A stretch of 64,000 nucleotides of DNA from Eledone cirrhosa (taxonomy: Eukaryota): positions 319,238,001-319,302,000 of the forward strand of contig OZ024740.1 in assembly GCA_964016885.1 (NCBI GenBank), given 5' to 3'. A program made the position numbers and the translations under genes. Below, piece by piece: positions 27,601-43,000 of this stretch (position 1 is the stretch's first letter; each line of letters begins with the position of its first letter). The notes below the pieces were generated by a model. That model was given only the letters and a program-made list of their open reading frames with translations, was not told the DNA's origin and ran no database searches.

Positions 27601-30600
27601 CTTACATTCTATCTGATATTCGAACGACTCTACCAATTCGAAGTATTTCTACTACAATACTAACAACAAATAATCCAGGATTGTCTCGTCTATTTCCACA
27701 ACTTACATACTATCTGACATTCTAACGACTCTACCAATTCGAAGTCTTTCTACTACAATACTAACTTTAAATAATCCAGGATTGTCTCCTCTATTTCCAC
27801 AACTTACATTCTATCTGATATTCGAACGACTCTACCAATTCGAAGTCTTTCTACTACAATACTAACTTTAAATAATCCAGGATTGTCTCCTCTATTTCAA
27901 CAACTTACATTCTATCTGACATTCTAACGACTCTACCAATTCGAGGTCTTTCTACTACAATACTCACAACAAATAATCCAGGATTGTCTCGTCTATTTCC
28001 ACACCTTACATTCTATCTGACATTCTAACGACTCTACCCATTCGCTGTATTTCTACTAAAATACTAACTTCAAATAATCCAGGATTGTCTCGTCTATTTC
28101 CACAACTTACATTCCATCTCACATTCTAACGACTCTACCAATTCGAAGTCTTTCTACTACAGTACTCACAACAAATAATCAAGGTTTGTATCGTCTATTT
28201 CCACAACTTACATTCTATCTGACATTCTAACGACTCTACCAATTCGAAGTCTTTCTACTACAATACTCACAACAAATAATCCAGGATTGTCTCCTCTATT
28301 TCCACAACTTACATTCTATCTGACATTCTAACGACTCTACCAATTCGCTGTATTTCTACTAAAATACTAACTTCAAATAATCCAGGATTGTCTCATCTAT
28401 TTCCACAAATTACATTCTATCTGATATGCTAACGACTCTACCAATTCAGGGTCTTTCTACTACAATACTCACAACAAATAATCCAGGATTGTCTCGTCTA
28501 TTTCCACAACTTACATTCTATCTCACATTCTAACGACTCTACCAATTCGCTGTCTTTCTAATACAATACTAACTTCAAATAATCAAGGATTGTCTCGTCT
28601 ATTTCCACAACTTACATTCTGTCTGACATTCTAACGACTCTACCAATTCGAAGTCATTCTACTACAATACTCACAACAAATAATCCAGGATTGTCTCGTC
28701 TATTTCCACAACTTACATTCTATCTAAAAGTCTAACGACTCTACCAATTCGAAGTCTTTCTACTACAATACTAACATCAACTAATCTAGGATTGTCTCGT
28801 CTATTTCCACAACTTACATATCTGACATTCTAACGACTCTACCAATTTGAAGTCTTTCTACTACAATACTCACAACAAATAATCAAGGATTGTCACGTCT
28901 ATTTCCACAACTTACATTCTATGTGATATTCTAACGACACTACCAATTCGAAGTCTTTCTACTACAATACTAACTTTAAATAATCCAGGATTGTCTCCTC
29001 TATTTCAACAACTTACATTCTATCTGACATTCTAACGACTCTACCAATTCGAAGTCTTTCTACTACAATACTAACTTTAAATAATCCAGGATTGTCTCCT
29101 CTATTTCAACAACTTACATTCTATCTGACATTCTAACGACTCTACCAATTTGAGGTCTTTCTACTACAATACTCACAACAAATTATCCAGGATTGTCTCG
29201 TCTATTTCTACACCTTACATTCTATCTGACATTCTAACGACTCTACCAAATCGCTGTATTTCTACTAACATACAAACTTCAAATAATCCAGGATTGTCTC
29301 ATCTATTTCCACAACTTACATTCTATCTGATATTCTAACGACTCTACCAATTCAAGGCCTTTCTACTACAATACTCACAACAAATAATCCAGGATTGTCT
29401 CGTCTATTTCCACATCTTACATTCTATCTCACATTCTAACGACTCTACCAATTCGAAGTCTTTCTACTACAATACTAACATCAACTAATCTAGGATTGTC
29501 TCGTCTATTTCCACAACTTACATATATGACATTCTAACGACTCTACCAATTCGAGGTCTTTCTACTACAATACTCACAACAAATAATCCAGGATTGTCTC
29601 GTCTATTTCCACACCTTACATTCTATCTGACATTCTAACGACTCTACCGATTCGCTGTATTTCTACTAAAATACTAACTTCAAATAATCCAGGATTGTCT
29701 CGTCTATTTCCACAACTTACATTCTATCTCACATTCTAACGACTCTACCAATTCGCTGTCTTTCTAATACAATACTAACTTCAAATAATACGGGATTGTC
29801 TCGTCTATTTCCACAACTTACATTCTATCTGACATTCTAACGACTCTACCAATTCGAAGTCATTCTACTAAAATACTCACAACAAATAATCCAGGATTGT
29901 CTCGTCTATTTCCACAACTTACATTCTATCTAAAAGTCTAACGACTCTACCAATTCGAAGTCTTTCTACTACAATGCTAACATCAACTAATCTAGGATTG
30001 TCTCGTCTATTTCCACAACTTACATTCTATCTGACATTCTAACGATTCTACCAATTTGAAGTCTTTCTACTACAATACTCACAACAAATAATCAAGAATT
30101 GTCTCGTCTATTTCCACACCTTACATTCTATCTGATATTCTAACGACTCTACCAATTCGAAGACTTTTTACTACAATACTAACAACAAATAATTTAGGAT
30201 TGTCTCGTTTATTTCCACAACTTACATTCTATCTGACGTTCTAACGATTCTACCCATTCGCTGTATTTCTACTAAAATACTAACTTCAAATAATCCAGGA
30301 TTGTCTCGTCTATTTCCACAACTTACATTCCATCTCACATTCTAACGACTCTACCAATTCGAAGTCTTTCTACTACATTACTCACGACAAATAATCCAGG
30401 ATTGTCTCCTCTATTTCAACAACTTACATTCTATCTGACATTCAAATGACTCTACCAATTCGAGGTCTTTCTACTACAATACTCACAACAAATAATCCAG
30501 GATTGTCTCGTCTATTTCCACACCTTACATTTTATCTGATATTCAAACGACTCTACCCATAAGCTGTATTTCTACTACAATACTAACTTCAAATAATCCA

Positions 30601-31610
30601 GGATTGTCACGTCTATTTCCACAACTTACATTCTATCTGACATTCTAACGACTCTACCCATTCGCTGTATTTCTACTACGATACTAACTTCAAATAATCC
30701 AGGATTGTCACGTCTATTTCCACAACTTACATTCTATCCGATATTCTAACGACTCTACCAATTCGAAGACTTTTTACTACAATACTAACAACAAATAATC
30801 CAGGATTGTCTCGTCTATTTCCACACCTTACATTCTATCTGACATTCTAACGACTCTACCAATTCGAAGTCTTTCTACTACAATACTAACTTCAAATAAT
30901 CCAGGATTGTCTCGTCTATTTCCACAACTTACATTCTATCTGACATTCTAACGACTCTACCAATTCGAAGTTTTTCTACTACAATACTAACAACAAATAA
31001 TCTAGGATTGTCTCGTCTATTTCCACAACTTACATTCTATCTGACATTCTAACGACTCTACCAATTCAAAGTCTTTCTACTACAATACTCACACAAATAA
31101 TCCAGGATTGTCTCGTCTATTTCCACACCTTACATTTTATCTGATATTCTAACGACTCTACCAATTCGAGGTCTTTCTACTACAATACTCACAACAAATA
31201 ATCCAGGATTGTCTCGTCTATTTCCACAACTTACATTCTATCTCACATTCTAACGACTCTACCAATTCGCTGTCTTTCTAATACAATACTAACTTCAAAT
31301 AATCCGGGATTGTCTCGTCCATTTCCACAACTTACATTCTGTCTGACATTCTAACGACTCTACCAATTCGAAGTCATTCTACTACAATACTCACAACAAA
31401 TAATCCAGGATTGTCTCGTCTATTTCCACAACTTACATTCTAGCTAAAAGTCTAACGACTCTACCAATTCGAAGTCTTTCTACTACAATACTAACATCAA
31501 CTAATCTAGGATTGTCTCGTCTATTTCCACAACTTACATATCTGACATTCTAACGACTCTACCAATTTGAAGTCTTTCTACTACAATACTCACAACAAAT
31601 AATCCAGGAT
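24612..31610. repeat. Large tandem duplication B, copy 2 (about 7.0 kb, 70-monomer period; two extra monomers near 26100-26300)
   Basis: The offset changes from 6851 to 7053 (+202 = 2 monomers) and to 7054 after a 1-bp indel near 23075. The match ends at 24557(T) versus 31611(A). Confidence 0.9.
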
Positions 31611-32759
31611 AGTCTCCTCTATTTCAACAACTTACATTCTATCTGACATTCTAACTACTCTACCAATTCGAGGTCTTTCTACTACAATACAAACAACAAA
31701 TAATCCAGGATTGTCTCGTCTATTTCCACAACTTACATTCCATCTCACATTCTAACGACTCTACCAATTCGAGGTCATTCTACTAAAATACTAACTTCAA
31801 ATAATCCAGGATTGTCTCGTCTATTTCCACAACTTACATTCCATCTCACATTCTAACGACTCTACCAATTCGAAGTCTTTCTACTACAGTACTCACAACA
31901 AATATTCAAGGTTTGTATCGTCTATTTCCACAACTTACATTTATCTGACATTCTAACGACTGTACCAATTCGAAGCCTTTCTACTACAATACTCACAACA
32001 AATAATCCAGGATTGTCTCGTCTATTTCCACAGCTTACATTCTATCTGACATTCTAACGACTCTACCAATTCGAAGTCTTTCTACTACAATACTAACTTC
32101 AAATAATCCAGGATTGTCTCGTCTATTTCCACAACTTACATTCTATCTGACATTCTAACGACTCTACCATTTCGAAGTCTTTCTACTACAATACTAACAA
32201 CAAATAATCTAGGATTGTCTCGTCTATTTCCACAACTTACATTCTATCTGACATTCTAACGACTCTACCAATTCGAAGTCTTTCTACTACAATACTCACA
32301 ACAAATAATCCAGGATTGTCTCGTCTATTTCCACACCTTACATTTTATCTGATATTCTAACGACTCTACCCATAAGCTGTATTTCTACTACAATACTAAC
32401 TTCAAATAATCCAGGATTGTCACGTCTATTTCCACAACTTACATTCTATCTGATATTCTAACGACTCTACCAATTCGAAGTCTTTCTACTACAATACTAA
32501 CAACAAATAATTTAGGATTGTCTCGTCTATTTCCACAACTTACATTCTATCTGACGTTCTAACGATTCTACCCATTCGCTGTATTTCTACTAAAATACTA
32601 ACTTCAAATAATCCAGGATTGTCTCGTCTATTTCCACAACTTACATTCTATCTGACATTCTAACGACTCGACCAATTCGAAGTCTTTCTACTACAATACT
32701 CACAACAAATAATCAAGGATTGTAACGTCTATTTCCACAACTTACATTCTATCTGTCAT

Positions 32760-35700
32760 TCTAACGACTCTACCAATTCGAAGTCTTTCTACTACAATAC
32801 TCACAACAAATAATGCAGGATTGTCTCGTCTATTTCCACACCTTACATTCTATCTGACATTCTAACGACTCTACCAATTCGAAGTCTTTCTACTACAATA
32901 CTCACAACAAATAATCCAGGATTGTCTCCTCTATTTCCACAACTTACATTCTATCTGTCATTCTAACGACACTACCAATTCGAAGTCTTTCTACTACAAT
33001 ACTAACTTTAAATAATCCAGGATTGTCTCCTCTATTTCAACAACTTACATTCTATCTGACATTCTAACGACTCTACCAATTTGAGGTCTTTCTACTACAA
33101 TACTCACAACAAATAATCCAGGATTGTCTCGTCTGTTTCTACACCTTACATTCTATCTGACATTCTAACGACTCTACCAATTCGCTGTATTTCTACTAAA
33201 ATACTAACTTCAAATAATCCAGGATTGTCTCATCTATTTCCACAACTTACATTCTATCTGATATTCTAACGACTCTACCAATTCGAGGTCTTTCTACTAC
33301 AATACTCACAACAAATAATCCAGGATTGTCTCGTCTATTTCCACAACTTACATTCTAGCTAAAAGTCTAACGACTCTACCAATTCGAAGTCTTTCTACTA
33401 CAATACTAACATCAACTAATCTAGGATTGTCTCGTCTATTTCCACAACTTACATATCTGACATTCTAACGACTCTACCAATTTGAAGTCTTTCTACTACA
33501 ATACTCACAACAAATAATCAAGGATTGTCACGTCTATTTCCACAACTTACATTTTATCTGATATTCTAACGACACTACCAATTCGAAGTCTTTCTACTAC
33601 AATACTCACGACAAATAATCCAGGATTGTCTCCTCTATTTCAACAACTTACATTCTATCTGACATTCTAACGACTCTACCAATTCGAGGTCTTTCTACTA
33701 AAATACTAACTTCAAATAATCCAGGATTGTCTCGTCTATTTCCACAACTTACATTCCATCTAACATTCTAACGACTCTACCAATTCGAAGTCTTTCTACT
33801 ACAGTACTCACAACAAATATTCAAGGTTTGTATCGTCTATTTCCACAACTTACATTTATCTGACATTCTAACGACTGTACCAGTTCGAAGCCTTTCTACT
33901 ACAATACTCACAACAAATAATCCAGGATTGTCTCGTCTATTTCCACACCTTACATTCTATCTGACATTCTAACGACTCTACCAAGTCGAAGTCTTTCTAC
34001 TACAATACTAACTTCAAATAATCCAGGATTGTCTCGTCTATTTCCACAACTTACATTCTATCTGACATTCTAACGACTCTACCAATTCGAAGTCTTTCTA
34101 CTACAATACTAACAACAAATAATCTAGGATTGTCTCGTCTATTTCCACAACTTACATTCTATCTGACATTCTAACGACTCTACCAATTCGAAGTCTTTCT
34201 ACTACAATACTCACCACAAATAATCCAGGATTGTCTCGTCTATTTCCACACCTTACATTTTATCTGATATTCTAACGACTCTACCCATAAGCTGTATTTC
34301 TACTACAATACTAACTTCAAATAATCCAGGATTGTCACGTCTATTTCCACAACTTACATTCTATCTGATATTCTAACGACACTACCAATTCGAAGTCTTT
34401 CTACTACAATACTAACAACAAATAATTTAGGATTGTCTCGTCTATTTCCACAACTTACATTCTATCTGACGTTCTAACGATTCTACCCATTCGCTGTATT
34501 TCTACTAAAATACTAACTTCAAATAATCCAGGATTGTCTCGTCTATTTCCACAACTTACATTCTATCTGACATTCTAACGACTCGACCAATTCGAAGTCT
34601 TTCTACTACAATACTCACAACAAATAATCAAGGATTGTAACGTCTATTTCCACAACTTACATTCTATCTGTCATTCTAACGACACTACCAATTCGAAGTC
34701 TTTCTACTACAATACTAACTTTAAATAATCCAGGATTGTCTCCTCTATTTCAACAACTTACATTCTATCTGACATTCTAACGACTCTACCAATTTGAGGT
34801 CTTTCTACTACAATACTCACAACAAATAATCCAGGATTGTCTCGTCTATTTCTACACCTTACGTTCTATCTGACATTCTAACGACTCTACCAATTCGCTG
34901 TATTTCTACTAAAATACTAACTTCAAATAATCCAGGATTGTCTCATCTATTTCCACAACTTACATTCTGTCTGACATTCTAACGACTCTACCAATTCGAA
35001 GTCATTCTACTACAATACTCACAACAAATAATCCAGGATTGTCTCGTCCATTTCCACAACTTACATTCTATCTAAAAGTCTAACGACTCTACCAATTCGA
35101 AGTCTTTCTACTACAATACTAACATCAACTAATCTAGGATTGTCTCGTCTATTTCCACAACTTACATATCTGACATTCTAACGACTCTACCAATTTGAAG
35201 TCTTTCTACTACAATACTCACAACAAATAATCAAGGATTGTCACGTCTATTTCCACAACTTACATTCTATCTGATATTCTAACGACACTACCAATTCGAA
35301 GTCTTTCTACTACAATACTAACTTTAAATAATCCAGGATTGTCTCCTCTATTTCAACAACTTACATTCTATCTGACATTCTAACGACTCTACCAATTCGA
35401 GGTCTTTCTACTACAATACTCACAACAAATAATCCAGGATTGTCTCGTCTATTTCCACACCTTACATTCTATCTGACATTCTAACGACTCTACCAATTCG
35501 CTGTATTTCTACTAAAATACTAACTTCAAATAATCCAGGATTGTCTCATCTATTTCCACAACTTACATTCTATCTGATATTCGAACGACTCTACCAATTC
35601 GAAGTATTTCTACTACAATACTAACAACAAATAATCCAGGATTGTCTCGTCTATTTCCACAACTTACATACTATCTGACATTCTAACGACTCTACCAATT

Positions 35701-38700
35701 CGAAGTCTTTCTACTACAATACTAACTTTAAATAATCCAGGATTGTCTCCTCTATTTCAACAACTTACATTCTATCTGACATTCTAACGACTCTACCAAT
35801 TCGAGGTCTTTCTACTACAATACTCACAACAAATAATCCAGGATTGTCTCGTCTATTTCCACACCTTACATTCTATCTGACATTCTAACGACTCTACCCA
35901 TTCGCTGTATTTCTACTAAAATACTAACTTCAAATAATCCAGGATTTCCTCGTCTATTTCCACAACTTACATTCCATCTCACATTCTAACGACTCTACCA
36001 ATTCGATGTCTTTCAACTACAGTACTCACAACAAATAATCAAGGTTTGTATCGTCTATTTCCACAACTTACATTCTATCTGACATTCTAACGACTCTACC
36101 AATTCGAAGTCTTTCTACTACAATACTCACAACAAATAATCCAGGATTGTCTCGTCTATTTCCACACCTTACATTTTATCTGATATTCTAACGACTCTAC
36201 CCATCAGCTGTATTTCTACTACAATACTAACTTCAAATAATCCAGGATTGTCACATCTATTTCCACAACTTACATTCTATCTGATATTCTAACGACTCTA
36301 CCAATTCGAAGTCTTTCTACTACAATACTCACAACAAATAATCCAGGATTGTCTCCTCTATTTCCACAACTTACATTCTATCTGTCATTCTAACGACACT
36401 ACCAATTCGAAGTCTTTCTACTACAATACTAACTTTAAATAATCCAGGATTGTCTCCTCTATTTCAACAACTTACATTCTATCTGACATTCTAACGACTC
36501 TACCAATTTGAGGTCTTTCTACTACAATACTCACAACAAATAATCCAGGATTGTCTCGTCTATTTCTACACCTTACATTCTATCTGACATTCTAACGACT
36601 CTACCAATTCGCTGTATTTCTACTAAAATACTAACTTCAAATAATCCAGGATTGTCTCATCTATTTCCACAACTTACATTCTATCTGATATTCTAACGAC
36701 TCTACCAATTCGAGGTCTTTCTACTACAATACTCACAACAAATAATCCAGGATTGTCTCGTCTATTTCCACAACTTACATTCTATCTCACATTCTAACGA
36801 CTCTACCAATTCGCTGTCTTTCTAATACAATACTAGCTTCAAATAATCCGGGATTGTCTCGTCTATTTCCACAACTTACATTCTGTCTGACATTCTAACG
36901 ACTCTACCAATTCGAAGTCTTTCTACTACAATACTAACATCAACTAATCTAGGATTGTCTCGTCTATTTCCACAACTTACATATCTGACATTCTAACGAC
37001 TCTACCAATTTGAAGTCTTTCTACTACAATACTCACAACAAATAATCAAGGATTGTCACGTCTATTTCCACAACTTACATTCTATCTGATATTCTAACGA
37101 CACTACCAATTCGAAGTCTTTCTACTACAATACTAACTTTAAATAATCCAGGATTGTCTCCTCTATTTCAACAACTTACATTATATGTGACATTCTAACG
37201 ACTCTACCAATTCGAGGTCTTTCTACTACAATACTCACAACAAATAATCCAGGATTGTCTCGTCTATTTCCACACCTTACATTTTATCTGATATTCTAAC
37301 GACTCTACCCATAAGCTGTATTTCTACTACAATACTAACTTCAAATAATCCAGGATTGTCTCGTCTATTTCCACAACTTACATTCTATCTGACATTCTAA
37401 CGACTCGACCAATACGAAGTCTTTCTACTACAATACTCACAACAAATAATCCAGGATTGTCTCGTCTATTTCCACAACTTACATTCTATCTCACATTCTA
37501 ACGACTCTACCAATTCGCTGTCTTTCTAATACAATACTAACTTCAAATAATCTGGGATTGTCTCGTCTATTTCCACAACTTACATTCTGTCTGACATTCT
37601 AACGACTCTACCAATTCGAAGTCATTCTACTACAATACTCACAACAAATAATCCAGGATTGTCTCGTCTATTTCCACAACTTACATTCTATCTAAAAGTC
37701 TAACGACTCTACCAATTCGAAGTCTTTCTACTACAATACTAACATCAACTAATCTAGGATTGTCTCGTCTATTTCCACAACTTACATATCTGACATTCTA
37801 ACGACTCTACCAATTTGAAGTTTTTCTACTACAATACTCACAACAAATAATCAAGGATTGTCACGTCTATTTCCACAACTTACATTCTATCTGATATTCT
37901 AACGACTCTACCAATTCGAAGTCTTTCTACTACAATACTAACTTTAAATAATCCAGGATTGTCTCCTCTATTTCAACAACTTACATTCTATCTGACGTTC
38001 TAACGATTCTACCCATTCGCTGTATTTCTACTAAAATACTAACTTCAAATAATCCAGGATTGTCTCGTCTATTTCCACAACTTACATTCTATCTGACATT
38101 CTAACGACTCGACCAATTCGAAGTCTTTCTACTACAATACTCACAACAAATAATCCAGGATTGTCTCGTCTATTTCCACACCTTACATTCTATCTGACAT
38201 TCTAACGACTCTACCAATTCGAAGTCTTTCTACTACAATACTCACAACAAATAATCCAGGATTGTCTCCTCTATTTCCACAACTTACATTCTATCTGTCA
38301 TTCTAACGACACTACCAATTCGAAGTCTTTCTACTACAATACTAACTTTAAATAATCCAGGATTGTCTCCTCTATTTCAACAACTTACATTCTATCTGAC
38401 ATTCTAACGACTCTACCAATTTGAGGTCTTTCTACTACAATACTCACAACAAATAATCCAGGATTGTCTCGTCTATTTCTACACCTTACATTCTATCTGA
38501 CATTCTAACGACTCTACCAATTCGCTGTATTTCTACTAAAATACTAACTTCAAATAATCCAGGATTGTCTCATCTATTTCCACAACTTACATTCTATCTG
38601 ATATTCTAACGACTCTACCAATTCGAGGTCTTTCTACTACAATACTCACAACAAATAATCCAGGATTGTCTCGTCTATTTCCACAACTTACATTCTAGCT

Positions 38701-41700
38701 AAAAGTCTAACGACTCTACCAATTCGAAGTCTTTCTACTACAATACTAACATCAACTAATCTAGGATTGTCTCGTCTATTTCCACAACTTACATATCTGA
38801 CATTCTAACGACTCTACCAATTTGAAGTCTTTCTACTACAATACTCACAACAAATAATCAAGGATTGTCACGTCTATTTCCACAACTTACATTCTATCTG
38901 ATATTCTAACGACACTACCAATTCGAAGTCTTTCTACTACAATACTCACGACAAATAATCCAGGATTGTCTCCTCTATTTCAACAACTTACATTCTATCT
39001 GACATTCTAACGACTCTACCAATTCGAGGTCTTTCTACTAAAATACTAACTTCAAATAATCCAGGATTGTCTCGTCTATTTCCACAACTTACATTCCATC
39101 TCACATTCTAACGACTCTACCAATTCGAAGTCTTTCTACTACAGTACTCACAACAAATATTCAAGGTTTGTATCGTCTATTTCCACAACTTACATTTATC
39201 TGACATTCTAACGACTGTACCAATTCGAAGCCTTTCTACTACAATACTCACAACAAATAATCCAGGATTGTCTCGTCTATTTCCACACCTTACATTCTAT
39301 CTGACATTCTAACGACTCTACCAATTCGAAGTCTTTCTACTACAATACTAACTTCAAATAATCCAGGATTGTCTCGTCTATTTCCACAACTTACATTCTA
39401 TCTGACATTCTAATGACTCTACCAATTCGAAGTCTTTCTACTACAATACTAACAACAAATAATCTAGGATTGTCTCGTCTATTTCCACAACTTACATTCT
39501 ATCTGACGTTCTAACGATTCTACCCATTCGCTGTATTTCTACTAAAATACTAACTTCAAATAATCCAGGATTGTCTCGTCTATTTCCACAACTTACATTC
39601 TATCTGACATTCTAACGACTCGACCAATTCGAAGTCTTTCTACTACAATACTCACAACAAATAATCAAGGATTGTAACGTCTATTTCCACAACTTACATT
39701 CTATCTGTCATTCTAATTCGAAGTCTTTCTACTACAATACTCACAACAAATAATCCAGGATTGTCTTGTCTATTTCCACACCTTACATTCTATCTGACAT
39801 TCTAACGACTCTACCAATTCGAAGTCTTTCTACTACAATACTCACAACAAATAATCCAGGATTGTCTCCTCTATTTCCACAACTTACATTCTATCTGTCA
39901 TTCTAACGACACTACCAATTCGAAGTCTTTCTACTACAATACTAACTTTAAATAATCAAGGATTGTCTCCTCTATTTCAACAACTTACATTCTATCTGAC
40001 ATTCTAACGACTCTACCAATTTGAGGTCTTTCTACTACAATACTCACAACAAATAATCCAGGATTGTCTCGTCTATTTCTACACCTTACATTCTATCTGA
40101 CATTCTAACGACTCTACCAATTCGCTGTATTTCTACTAAAATACTAACTTCAAATAATCCAGGATTGTCTCATCTATTTCCACAACTTACATTCTGTCTG
40201 ACATTCTAACGACTCTACCAATTCGAAGTCATTCTACTACAATACTCACAACAAATAATCCAGGATTGTCTCGTCTATTTCCACAACTTACATTCTATCT
40301 AAAAGTCTAACGACTCTACCAATTCGAAGTCTTTCTACTACAATACTAACATCAACTAATCTAGGATTGTCTCGTCTATTTCCACAACTTACATATCTGA
40401 CATTCTAACGACTCTACCAATTTGAAGTCTTTCTACTACAATACTCACAACAAATAATCAAGGATTGTCACGTCTATTTCCACAGCTTACATTCTATCTG
40501 ATATTCTAACGACACTACCAATTCGAAGTCTTTCTACTACAATACTAACTTTAAATAATCCAGGATTGTCTCCTCTATTTCAACAACTTACATTCTATCT
40601 GACATTCTAACGACTCTACCAATTCGAGGTCTTTCTACTACAATACTCACAACAAATAATCCAGGATTGTCTCGTCTATTTCCACACCTTACATTCTATC
40701 TGACATTCTAACGACTCTACCAATTCGCTGTATTTCTACTAAAATACTAACTTCAAATAATCCAGGATTGTGTCATCTATTTCCACAACTTACATTCTAT
40801 CTGATATTCGAACGACTCTACCAATTCGAAGTATTTCTACTACAATACTAACAACAAATAATCCAGGATTGTCTCGTCTATTTCCACAACTTACATACTA
40901 TCTGACATTCTAACAACTCTACCAATTCGAAGTCTTTCTACTACAATACTAACTTTAAATAATCCAGGATTGTCTCCTCTATTTCAACAACTTACATTCT
41001 ATCTGACATTCTAACGACTCTACCAATTCGAGGTCTTTCTACTACAATACTCACAACAAATAATCCAGGATTGTCTCGTCTATTTCCACACCTTACATTC
41101 TATCTGACATTCTAACGACTCTACCCATTCGCTGTATTTCTACTAAAATACTAACTTCAAATAATCCAGGATTGCCTCGTCTATTTCCACAACTTACATT
41201 CCATCTCACATTCTAACGACTCTACCAATTCGAAGTCTTTCAACTACAGTACTCACAACAAATAATCAAGGTTTGTATCGTCTATTTCCACAACTTACAT
41301 TCTATCTGACATTCTAACGACTCTACCAATTCGAAGTCTTTCTACTACAATACTCACAACAAATAATCCAGGATTGTCTCGTCTATTTCCACACCTTACA
41401 TTTTATCTGATATTCTAACGACTCTACCCATCAGCTGTATTTCTACTACAATACTAACTTCAAATAATCCAGGATTGTCACATCTATTTCCACAACTTAC
41501 ATTCTATCTGATATTCTAACGACTCTACCAATTCGAAGTCTTTCTACTACAATACTCACAACAAATAATCCAGGATTGTCTCCTCTATTTCCACAACTTA
41601 CATTCTATCTGTCATTCTAACGACACTACCAATTCGAAGTCTTTCTACTACAATACTAACTTTAAATAATCCAGGATTTCTCCTCTATTTCAACAACTTA

Positions 41701-43000
41701 CATTCTATCTGACATTCTAACGACTCTACCAATTTGAGGTCTTTCTACTACAATACTCACAACAAATAATCCAGGATTGTCTCGTCTATTTCTACACCTT
41801 ACATTCTATCTGACATTCTAACGACTCTACCAATTCGCTGTATTTCTACTAAAATACTAACTTCAAATAATCCAGGATTGTCTCATCTATTTCCACAACT
41901 TACATTCTATCTGATATTCTAACGACTCTACCAATTCGAGGTCTTTCTACTACAATACTCACAACAAATAATCCCGGATTGTCTCGTCTATTTCCACAAC
42001 TTACATTCTATCTCACATTCTAACGACTCTACCAATTCGCTGTCTTTCTAATACAATACTAGCTTCAAATAATCCGGGATTGTCTCGTCTATTTCCACAA
42101 CTTACATTCTGTCTGACATTCTAACGACTCTACCAATTCGAAGTCATTCTACTACAATACTCACAACAAATAATCCAGGATTGTCTCGTCTATTTCCACA
42201 ACTTACATTCTATCTAAAAGTCTAACGACTCTACCAATTCGAAGTCTTTCTACTACAATACTAACATCAACTAATCTAGGATTGTCACGTCTATTTCCAC
42301 AACTTACATATCTGACATTCTAACGACTCTACCAATTTGAAGTCTTTCTACTACAATACTCACAACAAATAATCAAGGATTGTCACGTCTATTTCCACAA
42401 CTTACATTCTATCTGATATTCTAACGACACTACCAATTCGAAGTCTTTCTACTACAATACTAACTTTAAATAATCCAGGATTGTCTCCTCTATTTCAACA
42501 ACTTACATTCTATCTGACATTCTAACGACTCTACCAATTCGAGGTCTTTCTACTACAATACTCACAACAAATAATCCAGGATTGTCTCGTCTATTTCCAC
42601 ACCTTACATTTTATCTGATATTCTAACGACTCTACCCATAAGCTGTATTTCTACTACAATACTAACTTCAAATAATCCAGGATTGTCACGTCTATTTCCA
42701 CAACTTACATTCTATCTGATATTCTAACGACTCTACCAATTCGAAGTCTTTCTACTACAATACTAACAACAAATAATTTAGGATTGTCTCGTCTATTTCC
42801 ACAACTTACATTCTATCTGACGTTCTAACGATTCTACCCATTCGCTGTATTTCTACTAAAATACTAACTTCAAATAATCCAGGATTGTCTCGTCTATTTC
42901 CACAACTTACATTCTATCTGACATTCTAACGACTCGACCAATTCGAAGTCTTTCTACTACAATACTCACAACAAATAATCCAGGATTGTCTCGTCTATTT
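32760..43000. repeat. Older duplication of about 5.2-5.3 kb (about 32.8-37.4 kb versus about 38.1-43 kb) with monomer indels; partial third copy at about 43.8-46.4 kb
   Basis: Lines at 33301 and 38641 are identical (offset 5340 = 53 monomers -13 bp). Shared rare variants: CCATCAGCTG (36201, ~41428, ~45458), TACTAGCTTC (36831, ~42057), TTTCAACTACAG (36011, ~41238). Confidence 0.8.

Noticed and set aside
1632-29338. Fifteen near-identical 62-aa ORFs (MRSFYYNTHNKLSRIVSS...)
   Set aside because: Each spans about 1.9 satellite monomers, starts at a TTG created by a CpG>TpG change, and is open only because of an AAATAATCC>AAATTATCC variant. There is no ribosome-binding or promoter context and no recognisable domain. 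They are useful only as duplication markers.
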